A stretch of 64,000 nt of DNA, from positions 288,001-352,000 of the forward strand of contig JAHPZH010000004.1 of the NCBI GenBank assembly GCA_019058315.1, in the 5' to 3' direction. The translations under genes were made by a program, and so were the position numbers. This DNA comes from Candidatus Helarchaeota archaeon (GTDB lineage Archaea; Asgardarchaeota; Lokiarchaeia; Helarchaeales; RDOG01). Below the pieces are notes generated by a model. The model was not told the origin of the DNA, made no database searches, and worked only from the letters and a program-made list of their open reading frames with translations. Below are positions 37,886-46,464 of this stretch, one piece after another. Each line of letters begins with the position of its first letter. Position 1 is the first letter of the stretch.

Positions 37886-37980
37886 AAGTTTGAAGTACAG
37901 ATTAAAAGATTTTTCAAAAACCATTAATTTAATCTCGAACTTCTACCCACCAATCAATTCAAAATCTATCGAGTCAGGGA

Positions 37981-38574
37981 TTGAAATTGGAAATAAGTTA
38001 TAATCAATACGGATTGCAAATAAACAAGAAAGTTTTCAGCATATTACAATTTTACAGATTAGAAACCTTTAATACCGATTTATTAGAAATAATCAAAGAA
38101 TCCATTAAAGAAAAGAAAGCTAATTCAATAATTTTAAAAAATAATGCAGAAATTAAAGCTTATGAGAAAATAAAAACCGATAAACCAATAAAAAATCTTG
38201 GTTATACGAATATAGGGTTAAATGTTGAAAAAAATCTTTATCATTTATGTAATTTGACTGAAAATCATAAAGAACTAAATGAAAAGCTTATTTTATTAAT
38301 TAAAGACTCAATTAAAACGCTTAAAAATAACTCTATAATCCTAAAGAATGATAAAAAGATTGAAGCGATACATGAAAACATCTATAATGAAATTACAAAT
38401 GAATTATGTTGGGGAAAATTAGCTTATTGTTGTCATTGTAAAAAAGATGATTGCATCAGAGTTATTGTTCTTAAGGAATTGGGAATTTCTAATAAAGAAT
38501 ATACAGAAATTAAAGATAAAATGGAGTTGGAATTTCAAAAATTAGTTAGAAAAAAGAAACCCGAATGGTTTTGA
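37981..38574 (+). CDS. Internally duplicated (RHH-like) protein with C-terminal Cys cluster
   Basis: Repeat IIKESIKEKKANSIILKN / LIKDSIKTLKNNSIILKN; CWGKLAYCCHCKKDDCIR. Confidence 0.62.
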   Translation: MKLEISYNQYGLQINKKVFSILQFYRLETFNTDLLEIIKESIKEKKANSIILKNNAEIKAYEKIKTDKPIKNLGYTNIGLNVEKNLYHLCNLTENHKELNEKLILLIKDSIKTLKNNSIILKNDKKIEAIHENIYNEITNELCWGKLAYCCHCKKDDCIRVIVLKELGISNKEYTEIKDKMELEFQKLVRKKKPEWF

Positions 38575-38616
38575 ATATTATAACAATTAATAATAAATGA
38601 AATTCTAACCTATCAA

Positions 38617-39591
38617 TTATTTTATCTCCAAATCTTTAAGAAATTCGTCTAAAAAAGAAAAATCTTGTTCAGTCGGTTTGTATTTTCGAGTAGGATGTTT
38701 CACATTATTTCTAAGGATGTTTAATTCATCAATACTTCTTAAAAATGCTTTTTTATTGCTTTGAAAGTTTGAAAATGGTTTTTGGTTTATAAAATGTTTC
38801 CAATTTTTATCTATAATTTCTTTTAATTCTACTATATCCGTATAGTCATATACTTTTCCTTGACCCTTAGCCTTCTCATATTTTTTACTACACTCTATTC
38901 TAATACGTTCAGGAATTCCTTCAAACCACCAATCCCGATTATCTGGGAATACATCTTTTAAAATTATTTCAATTTTTTTATGAATACAATTTTCAATTTT
39001 ATCCATTTTATCAATTGCTTGATGTTTCTCCACATCTTGTGGCTCGGTATATTTTTCTTTTTTTATTGATTTATTTTTAAATTCTTTTAAATAATTCCTG
39101 CCAAGATTTGAAATAGTCCAAAAATAATGATGCTTTCTATCAATCATCCCAAGATCTTCTAAATATCTCCCAATCCTCCAAAATAAAGCTGTTTTTATTT
39201 GTTCATCTTCCATTTCGTTAATTTCTTTTAAAAGTTTTTTATACTCCACATCGCATCTTGAAGGATTTACATTCCATTTATTATTCAGGATTTCTAAAAT
39301 TTTAATTCCCACACTAAAAAATAGTGGCTTTTCTAACGATTCTTCATGTATTAATATACCGATAGAGCCAATCTGTATATCTGCAAATTCCGTTCCCAAA
39401 TAACGTTTCCACCTAAAATAGTCTTTAGATTGTCCATCATAAAGTTCTTTTTTCAAGTTTTTTTCATCAATATTTTGATCAAAGTTTGATATTTTTGTTA
39501 AAAGTTCGTTAAATGATATAACCTCATCATTTAATTCATTTTGATATAAAATTTTTAAAATTACTTCTTGAATTACACTAGTTTCCATCAT
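38617..39591 (-). CDS. Tandem winged-helix + Swt1-like HEPN domain protein
   Basis: C-terminal IENCIH...DWW...YDYTDIVELKEII.KNW..F...LRNNVKHP (RxxxxH). Confidence 0.78.
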   Translation of the reverse strand: MMETSVIQEVILKILYQNELNDEVISFNELLTKISNFDQNIDEKNLKKELYDGQSKDYFRWKRYLGTEFADIQIGSIGILIHEESLEKPLFFSVGIKILEILNNKWNVNPSRCDVEYKKLLKEINEMEDEQIKTALFWRIGRYLEDLGMIDRKHHYFWTISNLGRNYLKEFKNKSIKKEKYTEPQDVEKHQAIDKMDKIENCIHKKIEIILKDVFPDNRDWWFEGIPERIRIECSKKYEKAKGQGKVYDYTDIVELKEIIDKNWKHFINQKPFSNFQSNKKAFLRSIDELNILRNNVKHPTRKYKPTEQDFSFLDEFLKDLEIK

Positions 39592-39592
39592 T

Positions 39593-39889
39593 TTATGCGA
39601 CTTCTAAACCTGTTTTTCTCAATTCTTCACGTAATATTCTTAAAAATTGCGTTTTCAATTCAAATTTTGTTTGTTGATAGAATGAATCTTGAATAGATGT
39701 TTTTAAACTGACTGATATAGATCCAGATTCAAACTTAACTTTAATATCTAAATCTGAAAGTTTTGAAAACTTCGGATAGATATTCTTTACGATTAAGAAA
39801 AATTTCTTTTTAGCTGTTTCAACTGCATCATTAACCGCTTTCATTATATTTTGTCCACCGATTATATTGCCAGATTTCAATTTTATCAA
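39593..39889 (-). CDS. Hypothetical protein
   Basis: 98 aa; 1 bp upstream of the HEPN gene. Confidence 0.55.
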   Translation of the reverse strand: MIKLKSGNIIGGQNIMKAVNDAVETAKKKFFLIVKNIYPKFSKLSDLDIKVKFESGSISVSLKTSIQDSFYQQTKFELKTQFLRILREELRKTGLEVA

Positions 39890-39918
39890 AATAATTCGCC
39901 TTGAGATTAATTATATTT

Positions 39919-40272
39919 TTAATATTGGGGAATAATTTCCATTTTTTTTAATTTTCTTCCATCAATTTCTTCTATGTCCCTAATGGTTTTTAATCTATTA
40001 GCCAAACCTTTGATTAATATACTATGACTGTTATAATCCGTTGTTACCTCTTCTCCATCATCAAATATCATCTTCAACTGAAATTTTACGGGTTCTTCTT
40101 CCTCTTTATCATCCAAAGCTTGTAATTCCCCACTCTCAAACTTTTTGACTTCTTCAGGTGTAGCTTTTCTAATCGTAACAGTTGTTGATCTCCTCAATTT
40201 TGGCTTATACACGTCTTTAACCCAATAATAATAATATTTTTTTCCCGATTTGATTTTTTTTATTCTTGGCAT
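39919..40272 (-). CDS. Hypothetical protein with basic GKKYYY beta-sheet DNA-binding-like N-terminus
   Basis: MPRIKKIKSGKKYYYYWVKDVY pattern; C-half similar to 40478-40705. Confidence 0.65.
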   Translation of the reverse strand: MPRIKKIKSGKKYYYYWVKDVYKPKLRRSTTVTIRKATPEEVKKFESGELQALDDKEEEEPVKFQLKMIFDDGEEVTTDYNSHSILIKGLANRLKTIRDIEEIDGRKLKKMEIIPQY

Positions 40273-40477
40273 TGATTAACCTATGGGAAGGAAGTATTTT
40301 AAAGTTCACATTCGACAAAATCAACCGACAATATGCGGAACTATTCTCTTATACTAAAATATTCGATAAATCTTTAATTAATTAAATAACCAATTAAAAT
40401 TATTGTCGGAAATTTGCGGAAAAAACCATCTCGAAAAAAGCTCAATTTCATGTTGTAATAGCAATATATCAAAAAAA

Positions 40478-40705
40478 TTAGTTTATTGGAATTGGTTCAA
40501 TTATTAATTTCCTATACATTCTTTTTTTTTGCATAAATTTATCTAATTTAAATAATCTGTTTACCAAAGCCCCCATACTTTTATAAGAAACTCTTTCAAG
40601 ATTCCCATTTCCCCAATTAATGATTAGCCGGTATTTCAAACCATCTTTTTTATTTTGCAAGTAATTGCCTCCTGAATGGAAACTGTATTTCAAATGAGAT
40701 CCCAT
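40478..40705 (-). CDS. Small hypothetical protein
   Basis: 75 aa; KYRL..NWGNG...YKS...L similar to the C-half of 39919-40272. Confidence 0.55.
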   Translation of the reverse strand: MGSHLKYSFHSGGNYLQNKKDGLKYRLIINWGNGNLERVSYKSMGALVNRLFKLDKFMQKKRMYRKLIIEPIPIN

Positions 40706-41111
40706 CTTGGCATTAACTTCTTAATATTTTTATTGTAAATGATTCTAATATAAAAACTTTATATATAATCTTATTAGGTAACATACGGAAATTCTCATAA
40801 TCTTTATATAAATGATGTAGAAAACTTCTTATTTTACTTGACAAAAACGTAAGTTTAACTTTAATTGGTCTATTTTTGCTCTAATTACCGATAAATTAAG
40901 AATATAATTATATACTTATTGCTAACATAGTATTAATATTATAATACTCTCTATTTTTAGCCCTAACATGCAAAAAACCTTCATACCCATACTTTCTTAT
41001 TCCCGCCCTCCCACCCTTTTCAATGGGTAACAATTTTTGATTTAGTCATAAGGCGGTTTTAGAAACTTTTGAACCTTGTACTCTTCTAAATTTAACGGAA
41101 TGACGAAAAAA

Positions 41112-42083
41112 GTGTTGCATAGTTTATTTATACTTAGAGAAAACGGCATTTGTGTATTTGAGAGGCACTGGATTGAGACGGACATCGACGCACATCTGTT
41201 CTCTGGCTTTATAACTGCCTTAAGCGCCTTTGCAGTCGAATCTATGGGTAAAACATTCCAATCGCTGAAATTGGTTAAAGAGCAGAGACTTGCAATTTTA
41301 AAACATCCCTATGCACCTATTATAGGTGTCATAATCGCGGATTACAGGGATAATGGGTATTTATTAAATAAAATTCTTGAGAAAATTTTGAATAAGTTTT
41401 ATCAGATCTTTCAAACTGAAATAAAAATTGAAGATGCCTCATTAATTGGCAAAACAAAAGAGAAATTCCCACAAGAAATTGATATCATACTAAAAGGAAA
41501 AACTGCAGAGCGGAGTTTTGTTTCATTATTTATTGGTTTCTTAGCTGGGAGTGGTCTTTCAGTAATAATAATTCTATTTATTTTAAGTTGGGGAATAAAT
41601 TTTGCCTATGGGGGTGGAATACAAAATTTATTTTTTGCTCCTATTTTTATTAATCTATTTGATGGTATGCAACCCTGGGAATTTCTAGACATTCAACAAA
41701 TTGCTGTTATCGCTATGGGACTCGTTTTTGTATTTTTCCTTCTTACATATTTCGGTCCTGGTTTATTAGGCGCTTATATTGCTGGCAATCGGAAATTAGG
41801 GGTAATTAATGGACTATTATCTGTCATAGGAGGATTATTAATTGCCCTAATTTTTCAAAATATACAATTATTTCTATATTCAATTAATATGCTACCTGTA
41901 TTTGTTGGATTTTCTCCATTAATAATAATATTAAATATATTAACAGGATATTTTGGAGGTCTATTAAGAGAAATATATAGGTTATATCCCTTACCTGGGA
42001 AAGATATATCAGAAAAAGTAATGAAACATGTAACAATCTTAGTTAAAAAAACCTTTCCATCGTTAGATAAATCTGAAGATTGA
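41112..42083 (+). CDS. Longin-like domain protein with C-terminal multi-TM region (integration target, restored)
   Basis: LHSLFILRENGICVF...LFSGFITALSAFA...IGVIIAD...LEKILNKF is the Asgard longin-like pattern; ~5 TMs follow. GTG 41112 aligns with ATG 2628; alternative starts 41100 or 41076. Confidence 0.78.
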   Translation: MLHSLFILRENGICVFERHWIETDIDAHLFSGFITALSAFAVESMGKTFQSLKLVKEQRLAILKHPYAPIIGVIIADYRDNGYLLNKILEKILNKFYQIFQTEIKIEDASLIGKTKEKFPQEIDIILKGKTAERSFVSLFIGFLAGSGLSVIIILFILSWGINFAYGGGIQNLFFAPIFINLFDGMQPWEFLDIQQIAVIAMGLVFVFFLLTYFGPGLLGAYIAGNRKLGVINGLLSVIGGLLIALIFQNIQLFLYSINMLPVFVGFSPLIIILNILTGYFGGLLREIYRLYPLPGKDISEKVMKHVTILVKKTFPSLDKSED

Positions 42084-43391
42084 TCATTTTTTACTTATTT
42101 CTAAAATTTTTAACGCTTCTTTGAATGAAACTGTTTTTTGTTCTCCACTTTTCATATCACGAATACCAAATTTATTATCCTTAAGTTCTTTAGGAGCTAC
42201 AATAATTACAAATCGAAAATGTTGAGAGTCTGCATATTGTAGAGCTTTTTTTAAATTATTTCTAACTATCTCCAATTCTATACATTTTCCATTTTCCCGA
42301 AATTGGTTTGATATTTCTATGGCTTTTAGCAACATCTCATCGTTAAAAGGAACTATTAAAATTTTATCAGGACTTAGAACAATATTTGAAAATATTTTTA
42401 TTTGGTCCATTGCTAATAGAATCCTATCTATTCCTAAAGCACATCCTACGGCAGGAGTCGGATTTCCACCAAATATTTCAATTAAGCGGTCATATCTTCC
42501 TCCTCCACCTACTGCTATATCTAAATCGGGTATAAAAATCTCAAATATCATACCGGTATAATATTCAAGTCCCCTGGCGAATCCTAAATTTAGATCGATA
42601 TAATTAGATATATTATTAATTTCAGCAAATTTAATTAACTCTTTCAAGTTTTCTAAAGATTTCATTGATTCACTATAATTAGATAATAATTTTGATGCTT
42701 GCTTAATTATATTTGATAAATTCTTACCTTTTAATTCAAATAATTTTTCTAATATATTCGAACAATTTTTGGAAACTTTTAATTCTATTAATATATCAAA
42801 AACTTGTTCTATTTCTCCTTTATCTATCAATCCAAAGATTCTATCTTGCTGATTTTCTTCTATATTTTCTTGCTTTAAAATATTTCTTAATATGCCTACA
42901 TGTCCTATTTTTATTGAAAAATCTTTAAAATTCAAATTTTTCATTAAATTACAACAAATTGTAATGATTTCTACATCACTAACTACATTAGAAGAACCAA
43001 TAAATTCAAACCCAGCTTGAAAAAATTCTCTATATCTACCAAATTGCGGATTATCATAACGGTAACATTGTCCGATATATCCCAATTTTACAGGTTTGGG
43101 TTGTGCTTTCATAAAATTTGATATATATGTTCTTGCAATTGATGCCGTCATTTCTGGTCTTAGAGCTAAAGTCCTTTCTGCTTTATCTTTAAATACATAC
43201 ATAGTTTTTCTGATTTCTTCACCTGCTTTTTCGGCAATTAAATCGAAATCTTCAACTATTGGCATATTAATTTCTTGATAATTATAAACTTGGAATAAGT
43301 CTCGAACTTTTTGAATAATATAATGAAATTTTTTAAAATCTAGAGGTAAAAAATCACGCATTCCTTTTACAGTTTGAAATTTCTTTGGCAA
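42084..43391 (-). CDS. hisS: Histidyl-tRNA synthetase
   Basis: KGMRDF, LALRPEMTASIAR, YRYDNPQFGRYREFFQ, ARGLEYYTG, GGGRYD. Probable TTG start at 43391; ORF track start 43451. Confidence 0.97.
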   Translation of the reverse strand: MPKKFQTVKGMRDFLPLDFKKFHYIIQKVRDLFQVYNYQEINMPIVEDFDLIAEKAGEEIRKTMYVFKDKAERTLALRPEMTASIARTYISNFMKAQPKPVKLGYIGQCYRYDNPQFGRYREFFQAGFEFIGSSNVVSDVEIITICCNLMKNLNFKDFSIKIGHVGILRNILKQENIEENQQDRIFGLIDKGEIEQVFDILIELKVSKNCSNILEKLFELKGKNLSNIIKQASKLLSNYSESMKSLENLKELIKFAEINNISNYIDLNLGFARGLEYYTGMIFEIFIPDLDIAVGGGGRYDRLIEIFGGNPTPAVGCALGIDRILLAMDQIKIFSNIVLSPDKILIVPFNDEMLLKAIEISNQFRENGKCIELEIVRNNLKKALQYADSQHFRFVIIVAPKELKDNKFGIRDMKSGEQKTVSFKEALKILEISKK

Positions 43392-43410
43392 TTCATCACA
43401 TCTTATAATA

Positions 43411-44016
43411 TTATAAATCGACAGCGTTACATTTATAATACGTAACTTCACCTTGACGATCTATAACTGCTAGTACAAGATTTTTACGGATACCTTTCGC
43501 AGCCTTTACTATTTTCTCAAGGTCTGTTAAATTTAATGATATTCCTTCTGTTATAATGGAAACTACAAATTTAGAAGGATTTACACCAATTTTTGCACCC
43601 CGTCCATAAATTCGATAAGTTGATGATTCTCCAAACCCTGGACGGACAATATATCCCCGACTTCTTAAATCTTTATAAACTAGATAATTCACCCAAAAAT
43701 CTGGATTAGATTCAAGAAATTTATTTATCATTTCCTCATATAGATATTCTTTTCCAGCCTTATTTAGAATTCTAATTCGATTTCTCTCAAGAAGTAATAG
43801 GGTTTCAACTTGATCAAGAGTTAAAGAACCATTTTCTTGCTTGGTTCCGTAATAACCATGCTCAATAAAAAATTCTGCGTTATTTGGGGGAATTTGTATT
43901 TGCCCACCTTCATAAAGCGCATCTACAGTTTCAAATTCCCTTTTTTTTTCTAAATCTTCTTCCTCTTCTTCATTAGAGTTGATTTTTTCGTTTGGTTCCA
44001 AAAATATTTTCTCCAT
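43411..44016 (-). CDS. endA: tRNA-splicing endonuclease subunit, probably structural (non-catalytic)
   Basis: YLVYKDLRSRGYIVRPG...YRIY...RKNLVLAVID..GEVTYY. The catalytic His position reads P (NPSKF). Confidence 0.85.
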   Translation of the reverse strand: MEKIFLEPNEKINSNEEEEEDLEKKREFETVDALYEGGQIQIPPNNAEFFIEHGYYGTKQENGSLTLDQVETLLLLERNRIRILNKAGKEYLYEEMINKFLESNPDFWVNYLVYKDLRSRGYIVRPGFGESSTYRIYGRGAKIGVNPSKFVVSIITEGISLNLTDLEKIVKAAKGIRKNLVLAVIDRQGEVTYYKCNAVDL

Positions 44017-44344
44017 ATAAGAATATCAAAGATATGAAACTCATTTAAAATAAAATTTCAGTAATTTTCTCTTAAATTTATGGTTTTTTCAATATTAAAT
44101 GATAGTAAAATTACTATATTATCAGAATTTATTTTTCTACAAATATTTATGGGAAAAACAAAAATTCTAAATATTCACTAATAAATTTATTCAATTTTCT
44201 TCTATTAATTACGAAATTTTCAATTTTTATCATATTAATTCAAATTCTTCGCATATTTGCTATAATATAAACATAGACTAAGAGAAAACCTTAAAATTGT
44301 TTTAAAAAATTGTTAATGATAATAAAAAAAAGAGAGGATAAGCA

Positions 44345-45499
44345 TTGCACACCTATGCTGAAATTCCTGATACAATGCGAACAAAGGCATTTTTGCCCTT
44401 TAATCGTCATTTATGGAAAGTTTACCAAGAATTAGGGTTAGAATATTATGAAAATACTCTTGATAGAATATCAGATGTGTTGATGTTCGACGTGATCTCA
44501 AGTCGTCTAGATGTGACAATTAAGACTGCTGGAGCTGTATTTAATGGTGAAATTGAACAGCCCGATAAGGTTCTATCTTATCTTCTATTTCCACCAGTTT
44601 TACCCATAAGAGGCGATTTAAGTCAAGGAGGTTTAAAGCTTGTTTATGGTGATTCGTGCGATATAACCTTTGTTATATGTGATGATATAAACCAAGAGGT
44701 TCTTCTTCTCCTTAATGGACATTGTGAAGATGGTATTCCCGTCGATTGGTGGCTTATTGGTCAAGATGATGAAACGATGGAACGGAGACATCAGAAGTAT
44801 GGGTATAAACTTAAAGAAATGCCGGGTCGATTTAAAAAGTTTTTTGATACGGGAGAAAAGTTAACAGACATATTAAAAGATATTCGCAACGAACGAACTC
44901 CACAATGGGCAAAATCTTCATATATTGTTTGTATGGTTTGGGGTAGTGCTCTTCTTAACTTACTTGAAGAATGTTCTAATTTCGAGCAATTTGGAACAAT
45001 TTGGGATGCCGCAAATCCAAAGAAATATGGTTTACCAGATAAATATTTTGGCTACATACCTTGGACTGCCACACTCAATATGCTTATGGTAGGTGGTAGG
45101 AATAAATGGACTATGGGATTGACCGGTATTACCACTGGACATCATGCATACTTTATGCCTTTAGAGGAAGCTGGTAGAGATTGGATCAAGGAAAATATAC
45201 CAGAATTCTGGGAAAAAGGCTTCCTCGATGCAAGAGCGGAAGGTATGCCATATCCATGGCAAAGTCTAGGAGTTACAATACCTAACTTTAAAAAGAAATC
45301 AACATATGAAAATGAAGCATTCGATTATAAATATCCATCTGGTGATTGGATTACTCCCGAAGCTTTGGGTTTAACTCCCGAAGAAACTTGTCAAGGAGTT
45401 TATCTAGATGTTAAACCTCAAACACCTAAAAATGAAAAAGTAAACAAATCGCACATTTTATCTATGGGAATTGGAATAGATACTGAATTTATGAGTTAA
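44345..45499 (+). CDS. Conserved hypothetical protein, paralog A
   Basis: Full-length paralog of 51215-52372 (GEIEQPDKVLSY, LLNGHCEDGIPVDWW, RNERTPQWA). Confidence 0.85.
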   Translation: MHTYAEIPDTMRTKAFLPFNRHLWKVYQELGLEYYENTLDRISDVLMFDVISSRLDVTIKTAGAVFNGEIEQPDKVLSYLLFPPVLPIRGDLSQGGLKLVYGDSCDITFVICDDINQEVLLLLNGHCEDGIPVDWWLIGQDDETMERRHQKYGYKLKEMPGRFKKFFDTGEKLTDILKDIRNERTPQWAKSSYIVCMVWGSALLNLLEECSNFEQFGTIWDAANPKKYGLPDKYFGYIPWTATLNMLMVGGRNKWTMGLTGITTGHHAYFMPLEEAGRDWIKENIPEFWEKGFLDARAEGMPYPWQSLGVTIPNFKKKSTYENEAFDYKYPSGDWITPEALGLTPEETCQGVYLDVKPQTPKNEKVNKSHILSMGIGIDTEFMS

Positions 45500-45563
45500 C
45501 AGAATCTTTATTTAGATATTTTTACTAACTGTAAAAGAACCCGAAAAAAATGGAGATAAAACT

Positions 45564-46337
45564 ATGACAGTTTCTTTAGAATATTATCTTTATTTTATAT
45601 CGAGTAAAATAGCTGGAACTACTTTTTTCAACCAGCCATTCGAAATTCTTATGCTTGTTATACTTCTTATAGCTGCAGCTTTTTTAGTTGGGATAATTTA
45701 TGAATTATATAAGAATTATAAAAGGACTGAATCAACTGAGACCTTATTATTTTTGATAGGAATGATCTCATTGATACCCGCTAATGTTCTGCTTGTACTT
45801 ATGGGTTTATGCTATTCAGTATATGGATTATTTGAACTCGGAAAACTTATAATAATTCTTACACAAATTCCTGCTCAATTCACGTATTTATGTGTGAATT
45901 TATTTGCAATTCGGATGACTTTTCCAAAAAAATATAAAATAGTTTTAATTATTTTAGTAAGTCTATCAGTTTTATTAATAGGAACTGTAACTTGGGCAAC
46001 TCTTCAAGGAACTCCATATTTTCATTATAATTTTGGGGTAGTTTATTCTACTGAGATTCAAATTATTAGATTTATTTGTCTTATACCTATTGCAGTAATT
46101 CCAATCTCAGTTTTCTATTATTATGCTGTAAAAATTAGAGAAGAAAATAGAGCTAGAAGCAACCGTTCCTTATGGTTAGGGACAGGAATTTTATTTTTTT
46201 GTGTTATAATTATTTTAACATCAGTTGCAACTATATTTAGATTATCTCAGATATTATATGTTCCCTCTGCAATTATTTTGTATGTTTGTTTTTCAATGCC
46301 AGAATGGTTTAAAACTAGAATTGGTTGGACTGATTAA
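45564..46337 (+). CDS. 7TM membrane protein, tandem paralog 1
   Basis: Seven hydrophobic segments; LFAIRMTFPK, FYYYA.KIREEN, YVCFSMPEWFK.RIGW. Confidence 0.85.
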   Translation: MTVSLEYYLYFISSKIAGTTFFNQPFEILMLVILLIAAAFLVGIIYELYKNYKRTESTETLLFLIGMISLIPANVLLVLMGLCYSVYGLFELGKLIIILTQIPAQFTYLCVNLFAIRMTFPKKYKIVLIILVSLSVLLIGTVTWATLQGTPYFHYNFGVVYSTEIQIIRFICLIPIAVIPISVFYYYAVKIREENRARSNRSLWLGTGILFFCVIIILTSVATIFRLSQILYVPSAIILYVCFSMPEWFKTRIGWTD

Positions 46338-46464
46338 AAGTCATACAAAATTTTCATATTATAAAAATTTTTAAATAAAGTCACAAAAAATTCACATATT
46401 ATTATTAATTTATTTAGATTCTTATTCAAAATAAAGTTTAAATAAAATATAATGAGGAAAGAAT

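Larger units (their letters stand above)
2658..41152. mobile_element. ~38.5-kb integrated element (putative provirus/integrative element with defence cargo)
   Basis: Bounded by a duplicated gene start with shared core AACGGC(G/A)TTTG (2658-2668 and 41142-41152). Tyrosine recombinase next to the left end, almost all ORFs non-housekeeping, housekeeping genes on both flanks. Exact crossover uncertain. Confidence 0.82.
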
